Part shown: in pieces, positions 35,246 to 37,826 of the stretch
Layout: the number at the start of each line of letters is the position of its first letter
How positions within the stretch are numbered: the stretch's first letter is position 1
Source of the DNA: a virus
Taxonomy: Duplodnaviria > Caudoviricetes
Virus record (IMG/VR): IMGVR_UViG_3300031965_000362
Location: 1 to 37,826 of that record
DNA length: 37,826 nt
Reading direction: 5' to 3' (one strand)
The notes under the pieces: generated by a model
What the model was told of the DNA's origin: nothing
Databases searched by the model: none
What the model saw: the letters and a program-made list of their open reading frames with translations, nothing else
Translations under genes and position numbers: made by a program

Positions 35246-35827
35246 ATGAGGCGGACTAATAGGGAAGACCTGGATAGATGGTTCGACTACAGTGTGTATG
35301 CCCCCAAGAGGCTGATCTACATAGGGGATCGGGACGGGGAAGTCGATGCTAATATGCACGAACTGGCGATTAAGGGGTTGCTGTCGCTGGATTCTTGGGC
35401 GGACGCACCAATAACAATTTACCTTAACTCCCTGGGCGGGGACTGGTATCATGGGATGGGGATTTATGACACGATACGGGCACTACGATCACACGTCACT
35501 ATCATCGTCGTCGGCTCAGCTATGAGCATGGGAAGCGTGATACTACAGGCTGGGGACGTTCGGATTCTCTCCCCTCATTCTTACATTATGATCCACGATG
35601 GGTCCGATGACGTGGAAGCTGACAGCAAGTCGTTCGAGGCATGGGCAGCACAGGGCAAGGTCGTCCGATATAAAATGTACGATATCTACTTGAGGGGAAT
35701 TAAGGCAAAGAAGCCCCGGTTCACTAAGAAGCAGGTTGAGGCTCTCTGTGCTCATGACACTATCCTGTCTGCCTCAGAGACCATAGAGTATGGTCTTGCC
35801 GACCAGATTCTCGAAAAACTTTTCTGA
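35246..35827 (+). CDS. clpP: ClpP-family (S14) serine protease
   Basis: I.IYLNS.GG, IYDTI, AMSMGS (Ser), MIH (His), HD..LSA.E...YGL.D (Asp). SD GGAGG before ATG 35246. Confidence 0.88.
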   Translation: MRRTNREDLDRWFDYSVYAPKRLIYIGDRDGEVDANMHELAIKGLLSLDSWADAPITIYLNSLGGDWYHGMGIYDTIRALRSHVTIIVVGSAMSMGSVILQAGDVRILSPHSYIMIHDGSDDVEADSKSFEAWAAQGKVVRYKMYDIYLRGIKAKKPRFTKKQVEALCAHDTILSASETIEYGLADQILEKLF

Positions 35828-35833
35828 TGCTTC

Positions 35834-35862
35834 TTGCCTTTTGTCCGTATGTATGCTAAGCT
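35834..35862 (+). promoter_or_regulatory. sigma70-like promoter
   Basis: TTGCCT (35834-35839), 17 bp spacer, TG-n-TAAGCT (35857-35862). Confidence 0.5.
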
Positions 35863-35896
35863 TTATATGTGGCGGTAATGGGATCGCCACAACGGA

Positions 35897-36352
35897 GTGA
35901 AGGCTATGCGTGATTTCTATCTGCCGCGATCCATGCCTAATGGGTCGCCCACACACTTGAAGCTCTTTAACCCCGATGGCCGGGTACAAGAGGCAACGGG
36001 GTGGATTGGTATTCGAGAACACCCCGAAAGTAACCAACTGCTTCAATTCTTCCTCTTGGGGGACAAGTTCGGCGACCCTATAGAACCGCTGAATAAGCTA
36101 GTTGTCGTACAAAACATGGATAACGGGGAGGTTGTGTATGACCCACGTAAGGCACGAAACCTGTCGTCACGGGGCAGGCCCTTTATAACGTATAGTGAGA
36201 AGAGGTGGCTTGCTGATCACCCCTACTGGCCTGCGATTCTCGAACTAGAGAGTAATCGGGTGGTAGACGATGAATGTGGTTCTGATCTCGACCTAGAGAG
36301 TAATCAGGTGGTAGACGATGAATATGGTTCTGAAGAGGGAGAATGGGAATGA
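35897..36352 (+). CDS. Hypothetical protein with C-terminal tandem duplication
   Basis: Open frame with SD GGAG-like site before the ATG at 35906. LES(N)..VDDE.GS occurs twice. Confidence 0.55.
   Translation: MKAMRDFYLPRSMPNGSPTHLKLFNPDGRVQEATGWIGIREHPESNQLLQFFLLGDKFGDPIEPLNKLVVVQNMDNGEVVYDPRKARNLSSRGRPFITYSEKRWLADHPYWPAILELESNRVVDDECGSDLDLESNQVVDDEYGSEEGEWE
36238..36333 (+). repeat. 48-bp tandem duplication (2 copies, 3 mismatches)
   Basis: TCTCGAACTAGAGAGTAATCGGGTGGTAGACGATGAATGTGGTTCTGA followed by TCTCGACCTAGAGAGTAATCAGGTGGTAGACGATGAATATGGTTCTGA. Confidence 0.9.
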
Positions 36353-36356
36353 GTAC
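36341..36356 (+). repeat. Motif copy 6 overlapping the start of winged-helix paralog B
   Basis: GAATGGGAATGAGTAC. Confidence 0.9.
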
Positions 36357-36732
36357 AATTACTCGTGAGATGAGAAATTATAGCTTTAGTAGGGCATCTG
36401 ACGCGAATCCGTACAGGATTAACACTAAACTCCATAACCTTTTTGAGCTAATGAAAGACGGGACCCCCCGAACTCTTCCCGCCATTACAAATTCATTGGA
36501 CGACTTTGCAATCCCCGGGGAGTCCCCCCAGTTCTTCTGTAGATACGCACGTAATCAGGTAAACCGTCGGCGTACGGCGTCTGCTCTCCGCACGATACGA
36601 CGGTATCTGAAACAGACTGCCTGCGGGGACCTTGTTTATGGGGAGTTTAGAATCGCCCCAGGCCGGCATCTCATGGCGGGCTATCGGATGTATTTCCATG
36701 GTAAGAGGGACACAGTAAGGGGGGGATTCTGA
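36343..36732 (+). CDS. Putative winged-helix DNA-binding protein, paralog B
   Basis: NPYRINTKLHNLFELMKDGTPRTL...RRTASALRTIR...GYRM; paralog of 18949-19407. Confidence 0.6.
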   Translation: MGMSTITREMRNYSFSRASDANPYRINTKLHNLFELMKDGTPRTLPAITNSLDDFAIPGESPQFFCRYARNQVNRRRTASALRTIRRYLKQTACGDLVYGEFRIAPGRHLMAGYRMYFHGKRDTVRGGF

Positions 36733-36733
36733 T

Positions 36734-36874
36734 ATGTTGGAAGTTGGTGACAATTTGACGGTTGGGGACGTAGACTCTGATCGAATGCTGCTGTTTGATG
36801 ACTACGGTAATAAATATGTACTTCCCCTGCGGGATGCCCAAGGGGAAGGTGAGGAAATCGAAACTGATGAGTGA
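36734..36874 (+). CDS. 46-aa acidic hypothetical protein (not in the ORF track)
   Basis: MLEVGDNLTVGDVDSDRMLLFDDYGNKYVLPLRDAQGEGEEIETDE. G-rich SD, fills the gap exactly and overlaps the next ATG. Confidence 0.55.
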   Translation: MLEVGDNLTVGDVDSDRMLLFDDYGNKYVLPLRDAQGEGEEIETDE

Positions 36875-37268
36875 ACTCAACTATACGCGGTGCCCGAATG
36901 ATGACTGGCGAGCAGCATCCGCCATTGTCGGTGAGAACCCGCAGACCGGGGAGACTATTGAGGTCAATATCAATGGGCTGAGTGCGGCGTTGGCAGTGCA
37001 GTCAGCGTTGGCTACCCTCTCGGCGGCGATGAAGGCGGGCCACGAACCCGACTTTCTGGAGAAGATTGCCTTGATGGTCTTCGCCAAGATGGAAGTTGAT
37101 CCTCACTGCCTGTGTCCGATGTTGACACTGTTTGGGATGCTGTTGATGCTGACACGAGGTCTGGGGGCTGTGGCGTTCGATGAGGACGGGCATGTAGTTT
37201 TCAAGACGCCGGACGATGACGACGATGAAGATATCGGCGGTCCGGCTTGCGTTCACGATGAGGAATAG
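36867..37268 (+). CDS. Hypothetical protein with hydrophobic segment
   Basis: ATG 36867 (MSELNY) with SD GAGGA. Confidence 0.5.
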   Translation: MSELNYTRCPNDDWRAASAIVGENPQTGETIEVNINGLSAALAVQSALATLSAAMKAGHEPDFLEKIALMVFAKMEVDPHCLCPMLTLFGMLLMLTRGLGAVAFDEDGHVVFKTPDDDDDEDIGGPACVHDEE

Positions 37269-37281
37269 GGTATAAAGGAAG

Positions 37282-37297
37282 GAATGGGAATGAGTAC
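37282..37297 (+). repeat. Motif copy 7 overlapping a start codon
   Basis: GAATGGGAATGAGTAC, identical over 16 bp to copy 6. Confidence 0.9.
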
Positions 37298-37778
37298 TAC
37301 GGAAGAAAAGAAGAAGGACACGCTGTTCAATCAGGAGATGAGATATCTCAGGGAACGGGCGTGCATGATAAATGAGGCTAGGAAGTGGTGCAGTGTCGTC
37401 GATGAGATGGAGGAGAAGTTCCCGGACATCTTCATATCGGGAAGTGTAGTAGGATGTGCTCAGGTTTCAGTAAACCCATCGGACATCACTCAGATAGCCC
37501 CGGTACTGAAGTTCCTGGCAAAGGACTATAACTTGAAACACAGCGGGGCTATCGAACTATCTTCCGAGTTGATGTGGGAGTTTCGACTACGACACCCAAT
37601 CATACTCGATGGTAATCCTGTCGTTCTGCGTCTTATAGCGTTATTTTTGGGCGACGGAAAGTGTAGGAGGGTACAGGTTGGAACAGAGACTATACCGAAG
37701 TATGCTCTTCGGTGCGGTGACAGCGAAGAGAACATTAGTACTTTAGTGGCTGGAATGGATGTTGACACGACGCTATAG
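37284..37778 (+). CDS. Hypothetical protein
   Basis: 164-aa ORF with SD AAGGAAGG and C-terminal C.RVQVG......Y...C motif. Confidence 0.55.
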   Translation: MGMSTTEEKKKDTLFNQEMRYLRERACMINEARKWCSVVDEMEEKFPDIFISGSVVGCAQVSVNPSDITQIAPVLKFLAKDYNLKHSGAIELSSELMWEFRLRHPIILDGNPVVLRLIALFLGDGKCRRVQVGTETIPKYALRCGDSEENISTLVAGMDVDTTL

Positions 37779-37826
37779 GGTATTGGGTTACACGGTGCTG
37801 TGGACGGGTGTCCTTTGGCTAGGGGG

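Noticed and set aside
36238-36333. CRISPR mini-array or DGR template/variable repeat
   Set aside because: The copies are directly adjacent with no spacer, and no reverse transcriptase is present.
4123-37294. Motif copies as sites for a phage-encoded invertase or integrase
   Set aside because: No tyrosine or serine recombinase is recognisable in the window, and the motif lacks the dyad-plus-core structure of such sites.

Overview
The window is most of a tailed dsDNA bacteriophage genome with podovirus-like (short-tail) architecture; no host chromosomal genes are evident. The + strand from 1 to 18998 carries the virion module: partial portal, scaffold, major capsid, a beta-helix protein, head-tail adaptor, tail nozzle and five probable ejection proteins. 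The - strand from 32067 to 18949 is a tightly coupled replication, recombination and nucleotide-metabolism operon: Sm-like protein, S/G/W-rich peptide, UDG-fused family A DNA polymerase, metallophosphoesterase, ERCC4 nuclease, dATP/dGTP diphosphohydrolase, Cas4-like nuclease, Sak4-like ATPase, SSB, AAA+ helicase, GroES and HD hydrolase. The + strand from 32248 has a second cluster of small structural-type proteins, a holin-like gene, ClpP and small unknown ORFs. The strongest non-coding signal is a non-palindromic 13-mer, GAATGGGAATGAG, present in 5 exact and 2 one-mismatch copies, all at gene boundaries, together with two paralogous winged-helix-like proteins that could read it. Near-consensus sigma70 promoters (one inside the scaffold gene) and an H-type pseudoknot in the capsid leader are also visible. 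No terminase, primase, integrase, endolysin, tRNA or CRISPR array was recognised. All protein assignments come from motifs read by eye and from gene order, not from database searches.
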